Positions 20,000 through 30,272 of a DNA stretch of 52,737 bases are shown in pieces. The notes below the pieces were generated by a model that saw nothing but the letters and a program-made list of their open reading frames with translations, made no database searches and was not told where the DNA came from. Made by a program: the position numbers and the translations under genes. Each line of letters begins with the position of its first letter. Position 1 is the first letter of the stretch. Source of the stretch: Oscillatoriales cyanobacterium CG2_30_44_21 (lineage in GTDB: Bacteria; Cyanobacteriota; Cyanobacteriia; Pseudanabaenales; Pseudanabaenaceae); NCBI GenBank assembly GCA_001873375.1, contig MNZA01000129.1, forward strand, positions 1-52,737. The letters run 5' to 3'.

Positions 20000-21382
20000 T
20001 CAAAGGCGATCGCAACTGAGTAAACCTCTAGGATCAAACTGCTGTTGAATCTTGACCATTAGATCTCGCGCATTGCCACGATAGCCCCAGATATTTTCGA
20101 GGTTACTAGAACCTTTGCCTAGGGTTCCATTGGCAAACTTTAACGCTTGCGGTGCTTCGAGTATTGATAGAAATCCTGCTGATGCTTGGGCGATACTTCT
20201 AACCTTGGCAATTTGCAGAGCGATCGCGTCTAAATTCTGGCTATTTTCCACCCGCAAAATCCCTAAACCACTGCCAATATGAATTTGCAAATAGAAAGAT
20301 TGTTGAGCAAAGATTTGTTCGCATTCTTTTAGGAACGACACACTAGCCGATGGCAAGATGCCGATCTTGCAGACTAGGGAATTGATTTGAGTAGATTGTA
20401 ATGAGTTACGAAGTTCATCTTGCCAGAATAGAACTTCTAGCGACTTCCAAAACTCCCGTGCTTTATTTAAAATCTGCACTTCTAAGTTTAAATTTTTGGC
20501 GATCTTTGCGATGCGATCGCATTGGTCTAGCACACTTAGTTTTAAACCAGAAAATTGCAGTACTAAGCCCATGCCTTGTTCTAGTCCGAGTGCCTGAATA
20601 GCCGCCGCCGATAATAAATCACATACCATTGGGGTCATGACGGAAGTGCTGATTTGTTGCTGGGCGATCGCGATCGCATCCGATTGTCCAGAAATCACCA
20701 CAATTTGCGTAAATTCGGGCAAAGGATATAACCGAAAAGTAATCTTGGAGACGAGTCCTAATGTGCCGTAGGAGCCAGTTAACAATTTCATCAGATCGTA
20801 GCCAGCCACATTTTTGACAACGCGACCTCCCGCTTTGACTACCTCGCCATCAGTACGCACAAACTCGATTCCTAGACACATATCACGGACGTTGTTGTAG
20901 CGATGCCGCCAAGAGCCAGCGCTACCTGTTGCCAACACCCCGCCCATGGTTGCCCTAGCGCCATAGGGCGGGTCAATCGCTAAAAGTTGTCCTTGATGTG
21001 CCAGAGTCCTTTGCAAATCTCGATAATTTGCGCCTGCCTCCACCGTGACCGTGAGATCGCCCACACAATGTTCAATTACTTGATTTAACTTTGCTGTACT
21101 AATCACCACATCGGCACGACTCACCAAGCCACCCCAATCGAGCTTGGTCGCATTTCCACAGGGCAGCATCCGCAGGCGATGCTCATGGGCGACGGTAACA
21201 AACTTAGACAACTCGGCGATCGTCTCAGGGCATAGCATCGCGGCTGGCTGCAAACTGTCGGGGGCAAGGCTCTGCACAATACGTTGACGCAATGTCTCAT
21301 CAAGTTGCTCAAAGGCATGGACGCGATCAGTGCCAAAGCTTTCAGCAAATAGTGGAATTAGTTGATTGTCTGTCAGTCTCAC
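20000..21382 (-). CDS. FAD-binding oxidoreductase, GlcE-like
   Basis: GDLTVTVEAG, KAGGRVVKNVAGYDLMKL, FDPRGLL. Confidence 0.88.
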   Translation of the reverse strand: MRLTDNQLIPLFAESFGTDRVHAFEQLDETLRQRIVQSLAPDSLQPAAMLCPETIAELSKFVTVAHEHRLRMLPCGNATKLDWGGLVSRADVVISTAKLNQVIEHCVGDLTVTVEAGANYRDLQRTLAHQGQLLAIDPPYGARATMGGVLATGSAGSWRHRYNNVRDMCLGIEFVRTDGEVVKAGGRVVKNVAGYDLMKLLTGSYGTLGLVSKITFRLYPLPEFTQIVVISGQSDAIAIAQQQISTSVMTPMVCDLLSAAAIQALGLEQGMGLVLQFSGLKLSVLDQCDRIAKIAKNLNLEVQILNKAREFWKSLEVLFWQDELRNSLQSTQINSLVCKIGILPSASVSFLKECEQIFAQQSFYLQIHIGSGLGILRVENSQNLDAIALQIAKVRSIAQASAGFLSILEAPQALKFANGTLGKGSSNLENIWGYRGNARDLMVKIQQQFDPRGLLSCDRL

Positions 21383-21454
21383 AAAATTAATATTCCCAAA
21401 ATAACCTTTATGACGATAAAATGGCGGCGCGATGTCATTTTATTGTCATACTTA

Positions 21455-23107
21455 TTAAAATAGTCGCTTGGAACCATCGGGGCGAATGGTTCCCCAATTG
21501 GTTTTAGCCTGAGCGAGTTGCTCATCGGAGATTTTAGCCCCCTTTAGATCTGCGCCACAAAGGTTGGTGCCATTCAAGTTGGCTTGGTTTAAGTAAGCAC
21601 CCTTTAGGTTAGCACCACTCAAATTCGCCCCACTTAGGTCAGCTTTACTCATGTAAGCCGATTGTAAATTTGCTTCCCGCAAGTCCGCCAAAATCATCGA
21701 AGCACTGCCTAGATCGGACTTGATCAAAATAGCTCGTTGCATTTTCGCTTCACGCAGATTGGCACTGTTTAGCCTTGCCTGTGATAAATTCGCTCCCTGA
21801 AAACTAGCGCCCGTCAGATCGCTATTACAAAAATCGGCTTCGACTAACTTGGATCGGCTCATGACGATGCCTGCGAGCGTAGCACTGCCAAAAGAGCCCT
21901 TTGAGTAATCTTGGTTGGCAAAGTTACGTTTGCCTTGACCATATTCGACAATGACTCTGCGCCCTCCTTTGAGTTCATTGGTATTGTTACTGTTGCGCGT
22001 GGTTGAGCGAGTATTGCCTGTCGTCAACATTCCGCTATCGTTGTAGGAGCCTTGTCCACCGTACCTTTGCGATTGGATGCGGGAGTTGGGAGCCTGGGTA
22101 TTGCTTGAGCCGCTACTAGTCCTTGATTGATTTGTGTATGGTGAGTTATTGGCGGCGATCGCCGATGATGAACTGGGGCTGAAGGTGGGTTTGGGTGGTT
22201 CCTCGACAGTTACACCCGACTCAAGGGCTTTGAAGGCTTCTTCGGCGGAGCGATATCGCTGCGATACGGACTGTTGCAGCAGTTTTTCAAAGACAACCCG
22301 TAGGCGATCGCTGAGCTTGACTTGCGATTTCCAATTGATTTCCCCTGTGTATGGGTCATGGGGCAGATCCTTAGGCGATCGCCCTGTCATCAAATACAGA
22401 CAGGTCATCGCCGTGGCGTACAGATCGCTCGAATAGACAGGACGCATCGCCATCTGTTCTGGCGGCGCAAATCCTGGAGTACCGATCGCAAAGTTGGTGA
22501 GCAAACCGCTAGGATCTTCATCGGCGGAAGGCTTATTAATTTGACTTGAAACCGCTCCGAAATCAATCAACACTAGCTGACCATCTTGTTTGCGCCGCAT
22601 GATATTTGCAGGCTTGATGTCACGATGAATCACCCCATTTTCATGCATGAATCCCAAAGCGGGGAATATTTCTGTGAGAATTTTGCGGATATCAATTTCG
22701 CTAAAAGCCCCTCGTCGTTCAAATTCTTGCTTTAAGGTTTCACCATCAACAAATTCTTGCACCAAGTAAAAGTTATTGTCTTCTTCAAAATAATCCAGCA
22801 ATCTGGGTATTTGTGGATGGCTACCAATTTTGCCAAGGGTAAAAGCTTCTCTCTCAAATAAGTCCCGAGCCATTTTTAGAACGCTCGGTGACTGGGTATT
22901 GGGACGTAACTGCTTGACAACGCAAGATGGGAAACCTGGTAAGCCTTCGTCAGCCGCTAAAAATGTTGCCCCGAATCCGCCTTTGCCCAATGGTTTGCTG
23001 GCGCGATAGCGATTTCGCAGCTTTAAATTAGAACCACAGCTTGCACAATTAGTCGCAAATGGCTCGTTATTTGGGTTGGCACAGTTGGAATTGACGCAAT
23101 AACTCAC
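21455..23107 (-). CDS. Ser/Thr kinase with N-terminal 4-Cys motif and C-terminal pentapeptide repeats (SpkB-like); probable GTG start
   Basis: GKGGFG, HRDIKPAN, DFG, APPE; A[DN]LxxA repeats. Confidence 0.92.
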   Translation of the reverse strand: MSYCVNSNCANPNNEPFATNCASCGSNLKLRNRYRASKPLGKGGFGATFLAADEGLPGFPSCVVKQLRPNTQSPSVLKMARDLFEREAFTLGKIGSHPQIPRLLDYFEEDNNFYLVQEFVDGETLKQEFERRGAFSEIDIRKILTEIFPALGFMHENGVIHRDIKPANIMRRKQDGQLVLIDFGAVSSQINKPSADEDPSGLLTNFAIGTPGFAPPEQMAMRPVYSSDLYATAMTCLYLMTGRSPKDLPHDPYTGEINWKSQVKLSDRLRVVFEKLLQQSVSQRYRSAEEAFKALESGVTVEEPPKPTFSPSSSSAIAANNSPYTNQSRTSSGSSNTQAPNSRIQSQRYGGQGSYNDSGMLTTGNTRSTTRNSNNTNELKGGRRVIVEYGQGKRNFANQDYSKGSFGSATLAGIVMSRSKLVEADFCNSDLTGASFQGANLSQARLNSANLREAKMQRAILIKSDLGSASMILADLREANLQSAYMSKADLSGANLSGANLKGAYLNQANLNGTNLCGADLKGAKISDEQLAQAKTNWGTIRPDGSKRLF

Positions 23108-23298
23108 GGTTGATCGAAAGCCCAAGTAATGGTTGATCAAATCAAGGGGGCAAGGATAACTACTTTAATTTGTCACCAACCCGACAAATGTTAACTAAGT
23201 TAGTCACAAAACTTTGCCTAGGGCGGCAATTCTTGCTAACTACAGGTAAACATTAAGTGTAAATGCTGAATTTAACATCTAGTTTAGTTTAGTTCAGT

Positions 23299-24018
23299 CT
23301 AAAAGTCGTCACTATCTGGCAAATCAGAGTTGGAATAGGCAGGGGGACGATTGGTTGGTCTGCGTCTGCGTCCCGATGGGGCTGCTTCACCAGTACCGAT
23401 ATCGCCCGATTCGTTATTAGAATTTCTGGGGCGATCGCCATTTTGACCATCAGTGCTGGGGCGCGGACGACGCTTGGGGCTGACGGGACGAATATCGCTT
23501 TCGTCAATATCAATCACCGTGTCATTATTGCTAGATTTGGGACGGCGGGAACGGCGGCTGTCAGTGGTGTCACCGCGCAGTTCGCTAGCTTGCTCGGCAC
23601 TGGGAATTGATCCACCCATGCGGCGTGAGGAGTTGCGATCGCGGCGAGGGGCGATTTCACGGGTGGGGTCAATTTCCACGCGATAGTCCGAGCCAATCGG
23701 ATCTTCATCGTCAACGAGGGGGCTAGATGGCGCTCGGCGAGCTTGATTGGCTAAAGCTTGGCGCAATACTAAAGACTCAACTGCAAACCAACCAGCAAAA
23801 CCAACTACTAGAACCTGTGCCAATTGAGTTGTGATTTCCATCCGAAAGTTAAAGGCTATCAAAATGATGCCGTAAACTAAGGCGATCGCCGAAAAGAAGA
23901 TGTCGTGATCGCGAGCCAACTCAGGGCGAAAATTGCGGACAAAATATAAGCCTACGCCTCCCAAAGCGGCAACGATTGCCAAAAGAATCATTAGCGGGTT
24001 GCCACCGATGTTGATCAT
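23299..24018 (-). CDS. ycf66: Ycf66 family protein
   Basis: LYFVRNFRPELARDHDIFFSAI with a disordered tail. Confidence 0.88.
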   Translation of the reverse strand: MINIGGNPLMILLAIVAALGGVGLYFVRNFRPELARDHDIFFSAIALVYGIILIAFNFRMEITTQLAQVLVVGFAGWFAVESLVLRQALANQARRAPSSPLVDDEDPIGSDYRVEIDPTREIAPRRDRNSSRRMGGSIPSAEQASELRGDTTDSRRSRRPKSSNNDTVIDIDESDIRPVSPKRRPRPSTDGQNGDRPRNSNNESGDIGTGEAAPSGRRRRPTNRPPAYSNSDLPDSDDF

Positions 24019-24414
24019 GGTTCTATATTTCTCCTAAAAAGTATTACAGAGATTTTTTAGTGCATTGCGGCTCTGCCGCAATGCACTAAAAAATCTCAGG
24101 GTTTTAATTGATTTCATATTAGCATTTGCGAGAAATATCAACACTTGCAAAGCATTGATTTTGTCGCGAAGCGCTTAACTCAAACCCAGAGAAAGAAATG
24201 TTCAGCGCGGCGGACTGCACATTTCTTTCTCTTCAAACCCAATCAAAGGATTAGCGGCGCTTCGCGCCGCTAATCCTTTGATTGGGTTTGGTTTTTCAAA
24301 TAAAGAAATGGTGTAGCCATTTCTTTATTTGGTATTAGTTGTATGATGAAAAAGTTGTCAAAAATTTTCTGACTCTAAGTTAGAAAATTATCACATTTAG
24401 CAAAGAATAAAATC

Positions 24415-24591
24415 ATGGCAGTACCCAAGAAGCGCACATCTAAATCTAAGCGAGATAGTCGTAAGGCTGTATGGAAGCGTAAAGCAGCAGTTCACGCACA
24501 AAAAGCTATCTCATTAGGTAAGTCAATTCTCTCAGGCAAAAATGATGGTTTTGTCTATCCTATGGCTGAAGAAGCTGAAGACGAAGAATAG
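24415..24591 (+). CDS. rpmF: 50S ribosomal protein L32 (58 aa, not in the ORF track)
   Basis: Manual translation: [58 protein letters not shown]. Confidence 0.97.
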   Translation: MAVPKKRTSKSKRDSRKAVWKRKAAVHAQKAISLGKSILSGKNDGFVYPMAEEAEDEE

Positions 24592-24625
24592 CCAAACAAT
24601 AAAAGGCGGCGCGATGCGCCGCCTT

Positions 24626-25204
24626 TTATTGTTTGGCTATTAATTTCCAGATTTGCCAGCCGATGCCCAGTCCCGCCAGACAAGGAACTGTTACCATCGC
24701 GATCGCCTGCACAAGTTTGTGATTTCTTCTTAATAAATAGTCGCCCACAAAAGCAATTAGGGTAACTCCCACCCAAGCGATGATCGCTAGCGCCGTGAGA
24801 TAAAACGGCACGCCTGCTAAAAAGATCAAACCGCCAACAATCAGAAATCCGCTGATCAGATAGCCCCACTTGATCAGGGCAAAGTCGGCAAAAGCGGTAA
24901 GTGTGGGTAACAGACTCACAACTACAAAACCCGCGATCGCCAAATGTTTATTGTCGGGGCTGGTCAGGAGTACGGATAGAAAGTAGCCGATGCAGGTATA
25001 GCTGAGCAGGATCAGCAGTAACCATAACCATAGATAGCTCTGTTTTTTGGTTGAGCCGTCTAAGTTTCTTTTGCCAAGACGAAATGATCTAAAGTTAGGA
25101 AGCTTGACTCTAGGGAAAAACTTTATCCTTGATCCCACATAGAGCGGAGATTCGGGAATTTGATCCGATTGAGTATTTTCAGAAACATCTGGATCGTCAG
25201 TCAT
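24626..25204 (-). CDS. Hypothetical membrane protein
   Basis: 192 aa with about five hydrophobic segments. Confidence 0.75.
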   Translation of the reverse strand: MTDDPDVSENTQSDQIPESPLYVGSRIKFFPRVKLPNFRSFRLGKRNLDGSTKKQSYLWLWLLLILLSYTCIGYFLSVLLTSPDNKHLAIAGFVVVSLLPTLTAFADFALIKWGYLISGFLIVGGLIFLAGVPFYLTALAIIAWVGVTLIAFVGDYLLRRNHKLVQAIAMVTVPCLAGLGIGWQIWKLIAKQ

Positions 25205-25239
25205 GATTTTTAAGCCCCATAGGGTTTGCTTTCAAGTTT

Positions 25240-25336
25240 TACGGCGTTTTGTGCTTAACTAGATCCTTGAGAAATTTTGACAGATCGCCGATTTTTAAAA
25301 ATACTTCTGTATTAATTAAAGCCTCAACAGGCTGCA
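25240..25336. mobile_element. Degenerate family 2 element
   Basis: TACGGCGTTTTGTGCT ... AAAGCCTCAACAGGCTGCA. Confidence 0.65.
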
Positions 25337-25349
25337 CTAGAGCAAAAAC

Positions 25350-25571
25350 GTGAAGAAAGCGATCAAAGTAAAACCAAACTCAAAAAAACAAGAAATTATC
25401 GAACAACCAGATGGCAGCTTGGTCGTGTATTTGAAATCTTCACCCATTGACGGCAAAGCGAATAAAGAACTAATAGAATTGCTAGCCAAAAAGTATGGAG
25501 TATCAAAGTCAAGTATTACCATCCAAAGCGGATTATCTAGCCGCAATAAGTTAGTCGATATTGACAATTAA
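25350..25571 (+). CDS. DUF167/YggU family protein
   Basis: KVKPNSK...[15 protein letters not shown]...GLSSRNK. Confidence 0.9.
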   Translation: MKKAIKVKPNSKKQEIIEQPDGSLVVYLKSSPIDGKANKELIELLAKKYGVSKSSITIQSGLSSRNKLVDIDN

Positions 25572-25678
25572 TACAGTGCTTTGCGCTGGCTTAAAGCCCA
25601 GAGAGACTTTTGATCATCGGCGCGAAGCGCCGATGATCAAAAATCTCTATATACCCCTCAAAGCATCAATAGACTTCA
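25572..25678. mobile_element. Family 2 element, right end degenerate
   Basis: TACAGTGCTTTGCGCT ... AAAGCATCAATAGACT with a different central hairpin. Confidence 0.7.
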
Positions 25679-25743
25679 TTTGGTACTAGCAAGTTTTTCG
25701 TAAAGTGCGGCTAAGTTGCTTCCCCGCTTAGCCTTCTGGGATT

Positions 25744-26613
25744 TTAGAGTAAAGATTCTGAAGCCACGATCATGGAACCGACACCGCTATTGGTGAAGAT
25801 CTCAAGCAGAAGTGAGTGGGGGATACGTCCATCGACAATATGCGCAGCCTTCACGCCTTGAGCAAGCGATCGCACACAGCATTGGACTTTGGGGATCATG
25901 CCGCCACTAACCACATTCTCATTCATCAGTTCCCGTGCCTTTTGAATCGTCAAGCTGCGATAAAGCGTGCTGGGATCTTTGTAATTATGGAGAATACCTG
26001 CAATGTCGGTCAGCAAAATCAGCTTCTCGGCTCCTAGGGCTGCCGCCAGTTCACCTGCAACTGTATCCGCATTGATATTGTAAGATTGACCAGCTTCATC
26101 GGTCGCCACACTAGAGACCACAGGGATATGTCCTGCTTCAAGCAAGGTCGTCAGTAAACCAATATTGATGCCACTAACTTCGCCCACAAAACCAAACTGT
26201 TCGTCTCCTTGAGGACGAGCGCGGATCAGGTTGCCATCTTTACCGCATAGCCCAACCCCCGAACCACCCGCGAGGTTAATCATCTCCACAATTTGCTTGT
26301 TAACACGCCCCACTAATACCATTTCCACCACTTCCATCGTGGCGGCATCGGTGACACGCAGACCATTGATAAATTGTGGTTCGATATTAAGCTTGGTTAG
26401 CCATGTATTAATTTCAGGTCCACCACCATGAACCAACACAGGACGCAGCCCCATAAAAGACATTGTGACAACATCTCGGATCACATCTTGACGAAGGCTT
26501 TCCTCTTTCATTGCCGCGCCGCCATATTTGACGACAATGGTTCGCCCTGAAAATAGCTGCATATAGGGCAGAGCTTCACTCAAAACCTGAACGCGATCGC
26601 TGTCTGTTAGCAT
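25744..26613 (-). CDS. argB: Acetylglutamate kinase
   Basis: [35 protein letters not shown]. Confidence 0.97.
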   Translation of the reverse strand: MLTDSDRVQVLSEALPYMQLFSGRTIVVKYGGAAMKEESLRQDVIRDVVTMSFMGLRPVLVHGGGPEINTWLTKLNIEPQFINGLRVTDAATMEVVEMVLVGRVNKQIVEMINLAGGSGVGLCGKDGNLIRARPQGDEQFGFVGEVSGINIGLLTTLLEAGHIPVVSSVATDEAGQSYNINADTVAGELAAALGAEKLILLTDIAGILHNYKDPSTLYRSLTIQKARELMNENVVSGGMIPKVQCCVRSLAQGVKAAHIVDGRIPHSLLLEIFTNSGVGSMIVASESLL

Positions 26614-26903
26614 TTAAAGCCTCGACTCATCTTAAAAATGTTTAGATAACCTTACAACTTCAGTTACCTCATTACCTAAGGTAAGCAGGGCGCTTGTCAT
26701 CATTAAGTGACTTTTAAGTTAATTGAATGAATTCACGCCCTCTGTTTGCCGAGAGATACCACCCAGAGAAACTTTTGTGCATGGCGGCTCCGCCGCCATG
26801 CACGAAAGTTTCTCTGAATTTTAAGTCAGCGCAGAGCGCTGTAAAGTTTCGAGGCTGTGTTAACAAAAATATAGTTCTGGGTAATATCAAACTTGTTAGA
26901 AAA

Positions 26904-27007
26904 TAAGTAGCTCCGCGCAGTTAAATATAAAATCCCAAAAGCTGTAGCGCCCGCACAGTGGATACTACAGCTTTTGGATACGGGTTTTAATTATGACCAG
27001 CTACTTA
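26904..27007. mobile_element. MITE-like element family 3 (TAAGTAGCT ... AGCTACTTA)
   Basis: Terminal inverted repeat plus internal hairpin; partial ends near 17409 and 19901. Confidence 0.6.
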
Positions 27008-27068
27008 TCAAATCAATATTATTTACGATGATGAGACCTGAAGTGAAGGTCGGTGACGAGGGAAAAAC

Positions 27069-28109
27069 ATGAAAGCAGTGCGATTAAATCTTGAAGATAG
27101 ACAGGCTTGGCAAAAATTGCAGCACGTCTTGATTAGTCTTGCCTCCGACTATATGGACTTAGTAGCGGCGGAGCAAACTGAATTTAAGTTTGAACAGCAG
27201 GTTCTGTCCATTGCTTTTACCTTGATCGTTTCTAATTCTGATCGCGATCGCCTTAACGAATTCACCCAAAGTATTGACCGCTATTTCAATCGCTTACAGC
27301 TGGTGGGCGTAAGACGGATTGAATGGGAATTTTATGCTATTGGCGAAGCGGAGCCAGTTTTAGCGCAGGGGAGAGATATTGCTTTTGTAGCTGCGCCCGC
27401 AAAATTACCAAGTAATGCCCTTGCTACAGGTGGTCAGCGATCGCCTGTGCGTAATGGTTCCAAATCGAGCCTTACCAAAGGAAAATCAAGGGCTGGACAA
27501 ATTGTTAACCGTTTTCGTGGTTGGTTAACTGACCCAAAAACATTACAGGCGGCAAGAACTGCCAGTCGGATTACGATTCGCGATCCCAAGGGGGCTTTGG
27601 AAGCAGTTAAAAATACGGCGGTAGCTAAATTTAGCGAAACTATTGATTGGGTGGATACGTTTCCTTGGGAAAACTGGACAAAGGAAAAAACTCAGCAAAT
27701 CAAGCGCCGCCATCAACGTAATTTAGTCCGTTCCATTATTGAAGATGTGCTGATTTTAGGCGTGATGATGATTGCGGCTCTCTGGCTAATTGAGTCCTTG
27801 TCACCACCATCATTTAATCTAGCTCTTTTGCCAAGGCAACACCACGATACCAACATGACTAGCGCTCAGTATCGTTGTGGTAGTCCTGCGGTTTCTCTTA
27901 AAAACTATGTTTGTTTGCAAAGGGGAATGAGCTACAACCAAGTTGCCGACATCTTGGGTAAAGAAGGTAAGCCCTTGGCAATTGATCCTAAATATGGCGA
28001 TCGCGCCGTAATTATTAGCTGGTCAAGCCCCGATCTGAGCATGAATGCTACTTTTTTAAATGACAAGCTGGTGTCTCGAGCCTATCGACAGCTAAACGCA
28101 AGCAAATAA
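27069..28109 (+). CDS. Hypothetical membrane-anchored protein; C-terminus resembles DUF3862/BLIP-like folds
   Basis: One TM segment; 'GMSYNQVADILGKEG...W...NATFLNDKLVSR'. Confidence 0.65.
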   Translation: MKAVRLNLEDRQAWQKLQHVLISLASDYMDLVAAEQTEFKFEQQVLSIAFTLIVSNSDRDRLNEFTQSIDRYFNRLQLVGVRRIEWEFYAIGEAEPVLAQGRDIAFVAAPAKLPSNALATGGQRSPVRNGSKSSLTKGKSRAGQIVNRFRGWLTDPKTLQAARTASRITIRDPKGALEAVKNTAVAKFSETIDWVDTFPWENWTKEKTQQIKRRHQRNLVRSIIEDVLILGVMMIAALWLIESLSPPSFNLALLPRQHHDTNMTSAQYRCGSPAVSLKNYVCLQRGMSYNQVADILGKEGKPLAIDPKYGDRAVIISWSSPDLSMNATFLNDKLVSRAYRQLNASK

Positions 28110-28157
28110 TAATAATGACGGCGCAAAACGCCGTCATTATTTTTTAGAGATATATCT

Positions 28158-28904
28158 GTGAGCCGATCGCCTTTAATTTCTATTCTAAAATCCCAAAAAC
28201 CTTGGCGTATCGTGCGCCAAGGTTTTTGTCTATGTTTTTTACTTTGGTTTGCATCACCCGCGATCGCCACAACTAAACCTGTAAGCAGAGAAGATCAACG
28301 CGCCGCCGATCGCTATCGACAGGAGGGACTGAGCTATCGCCAGCAAGAGCGTTTTGATGAAGCGATCGCTGCCCTCCAAAAATCCGTAGAACTCGATCCC
28401 CAAAATCTCAATGGCAGGATCATCCTTGGCTGGACACAACATTTATCCAAACAATCTGAAGCCGCCGCCGCCTCGCTGTGGGAAGTGATTTATAGATCGC
28501 CTAATTCATTACCGGCTTTTAATGCGATCGGCATTGTTTATTTAGTGCGGGGCGACTTACCGCAATCCGTGGTTTTGCATAGTTGGGCAGCCATGCTCAA
28601 GCCTGACAATGAAATTGCTCATTACAATCTCAGCCTTGCCTATCAGCGACTCCAGCAATATGACTTGGCGATCGCCTATGCCCAAAGCGCCATGGAGCTA
28701 GAACCAACTAATCCCCATCCATTCGTAGCAAAGGCGATCGCGCAATGGACAGCAGGAGATCAAATTCTTGCCAAGAAGGTATTTGGTGAGGCAGTGGCGA
28801 TCGACTCGCGGTATCGCAATACTGAATTTTTAAACTTTCTTAATGAAGCAGGTCTTAGTAATGAGCAAATTCAAACTGCTAAACAGGTTTTAGCCAGCCT
28901 CTAA
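28158..28904 (+). CDS. TPR repeat protein
   Basis: EAIAALQKSVELDP, AHYNLSLAY. Confidence 0.85.
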   Translation: MSRSPLISILKSQKPWRIVRQGFCLCFLLWFASPAIATTKPVSREDQRAADRYRQEGLSYRQQERFDEAIAALQKSVELDPQNLNGRIILGWTQHLSKQSEAAAASLWEVIYRSPNSLPAFNAIGIVYLVRGDLPQSVVLHSWAAMLKPDNEIAHYNLSLAYQRLQQYDLAIAYAQSAMELEPTNPHPFVAKAIAQWTAGDQILAKKVFGEAVAIDSRYRNTEFLNFLNEAGLSNEQIQTAKQVLASL

Positions 28905-28988
28905 AAACTGAGCCGCCCGCTATGCGGGCGGCTCACAGCAGTATATTTTAGAGAGGCGGCGCGCCGCTTCTCTAATTGGGATTAACAC

Positions 28989-30272
28989 ATGGCGATCAAA
29001 GTTCTGCATCTTTCCGATATTCATCTTGGCAGTACCACCCACGGCAAAATCAATCCCGTTACGGGATTAAATACTCGCCTAGAGGACTTTACCGCCGCTC
29101 TTACGACTTGTATTGATCGCGCCATTGATGAGCCAGCCGATTTAGTTCTGTTCGGGGGCGATGCTTTTCCTGATGCCACGCCATCGCCATTGGTGCAACA
29201 AGCTTTTGCGAAGCAGTTTCGCCGCCTTGCTGATGCGGCTATTCCCACAGTTTTATTGGTGGGCAATCACGATCAACATTCCCAAGGATTGGGCGGAGCC
29301 AGTCTGGCGATTTATCGCAGTTTGGCTGTGCCGAATTTTACGGTGGGAGATGCGATCGCTACTCATCAGATTCCCACCGCCGCAGGAAATATTCAGATTA
29401 TTACTTTGCCTTGGATTACGCGATCGACTCTGCTCACCAAAGCCGAAACTGAGGGCTTCTCGATGATGGAAGTTGGGCAGTTTTTAATTGATCGCTTAAA
29501 AGTCGTCATCGAGGGCGAAATTCGCAAATTAGATCCGCAACTGCCGACAATTTTGTTAGCTCATGTGATGGTCGATACGGCAACCTATGGAGCCGAGCGA
29601 TTTTTAGCGGCAGGCAAAGGCTTTACGATCCCTCTGTCGATGTTGACCCGTGAGGCTTTTGACTATGTGGCTCTCGGTCATGTGCACCGCCATCAGATTT
29701 TGGCAACTCAGCCCCTTGTGGTTTATCCAGGTAGCATTGAGCGCGTAGACTTTGGCGAAGAAAATGAAGCCAAGGGTTACTGTTGGCTAGAGGTGGAAAA
29801 GGGCAAGGTCAAGTTTGACTTTTGTGCAATTCCCACCCGCGCTTTTAAGACCATTGAGGTGGATGTCACTCAATCGGAAGATCCACAAGGGAAGTTACTT
29901 AAAGCCATCCAAAAAGGAAAAATCGATCAGGCGATCGCGAGATTGATTTATAAAGTCAAAGCCGAACAGATAGCGCAAATCGACGATCGCTTGCTACATG
30001 AAGCAATGGCGATCGCCCACAATTACGCGCTGATCCCCGAAGTTGTCAGCCAAAATCTCCGTACTCGACTGCCCGATCTCAGCACTGCTGAAGCTCTCGA
30101 TCCGATGACTGCTTTAAAAACCTATCTCAGTACTCGCGAAGATTTAAAAAATTTGGAACCTGAAATGCTCAGCGCCGCTCAAGAATTACTCAGCGAGATC
30201 GGGCTAGCTGATGAGCATGAGTTACAAACCAAATCCGCTCAGCCTAGTCAACTGCTCATAAGTTTTAACTAG
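28989..30272 (+). CDS. sbcD: Exonuclease SbcCD subunit D
   Basis: HLSDIHLG, GD.F, GNHD, ALGHVH, YPGSIERVDFGE. Confidence 0.93.
   Translation: MAIKVLHLSDIHLGSTTHGKINPVTGLNTRLEDFTAALTTCIDRAIDEPADLVLFGGDAFPDATPSPLVQQAFAKQFRRLADAAIPTVLLVGNHDQHSQGLGGASLAIYRSLAVPNFTVGDAIATHQIPTAAGNIQIITLPWITRSTLLTKAETEGFSMMEVGQFLIDRLKVVIEGEIRKLDPQLPTILLAHVMVDTATYGAERFLAAGKGFTIPLSMLTREAFDYVALGHVHRHQILATQPLVVYPGSIERVDFGEENEAKGYCWLEVEKGKVKFDFCAIPTRAFKTIEVDVTQSEDPQGKLLKAIQKGKIDQAIARLIYKVKAEQIAQIDDRLLHEAMAIAHNYALIPEVVSQNLRTRLPDLSTAEALDPMTALKTYLSTREDLKNLEPEMLSAAQELLSEIGLADEHELQTKSAQPSQLLISFN

Noticed and set aside
21500-21900. Novel tandem repeat in the kinase gene
   Set aside because: Ordinary pentapeptide repeats.
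24555-24869. 104-aa minus-strand ORF
   Set aside because: Overlaps rpmF antisense and the membrane-protein gene in another frame.
30222-30272. Convergent sbcD/tatD overlap as a regulatory system
   Set aside because: Short 3' overlaps are common, and there is no further evidence.
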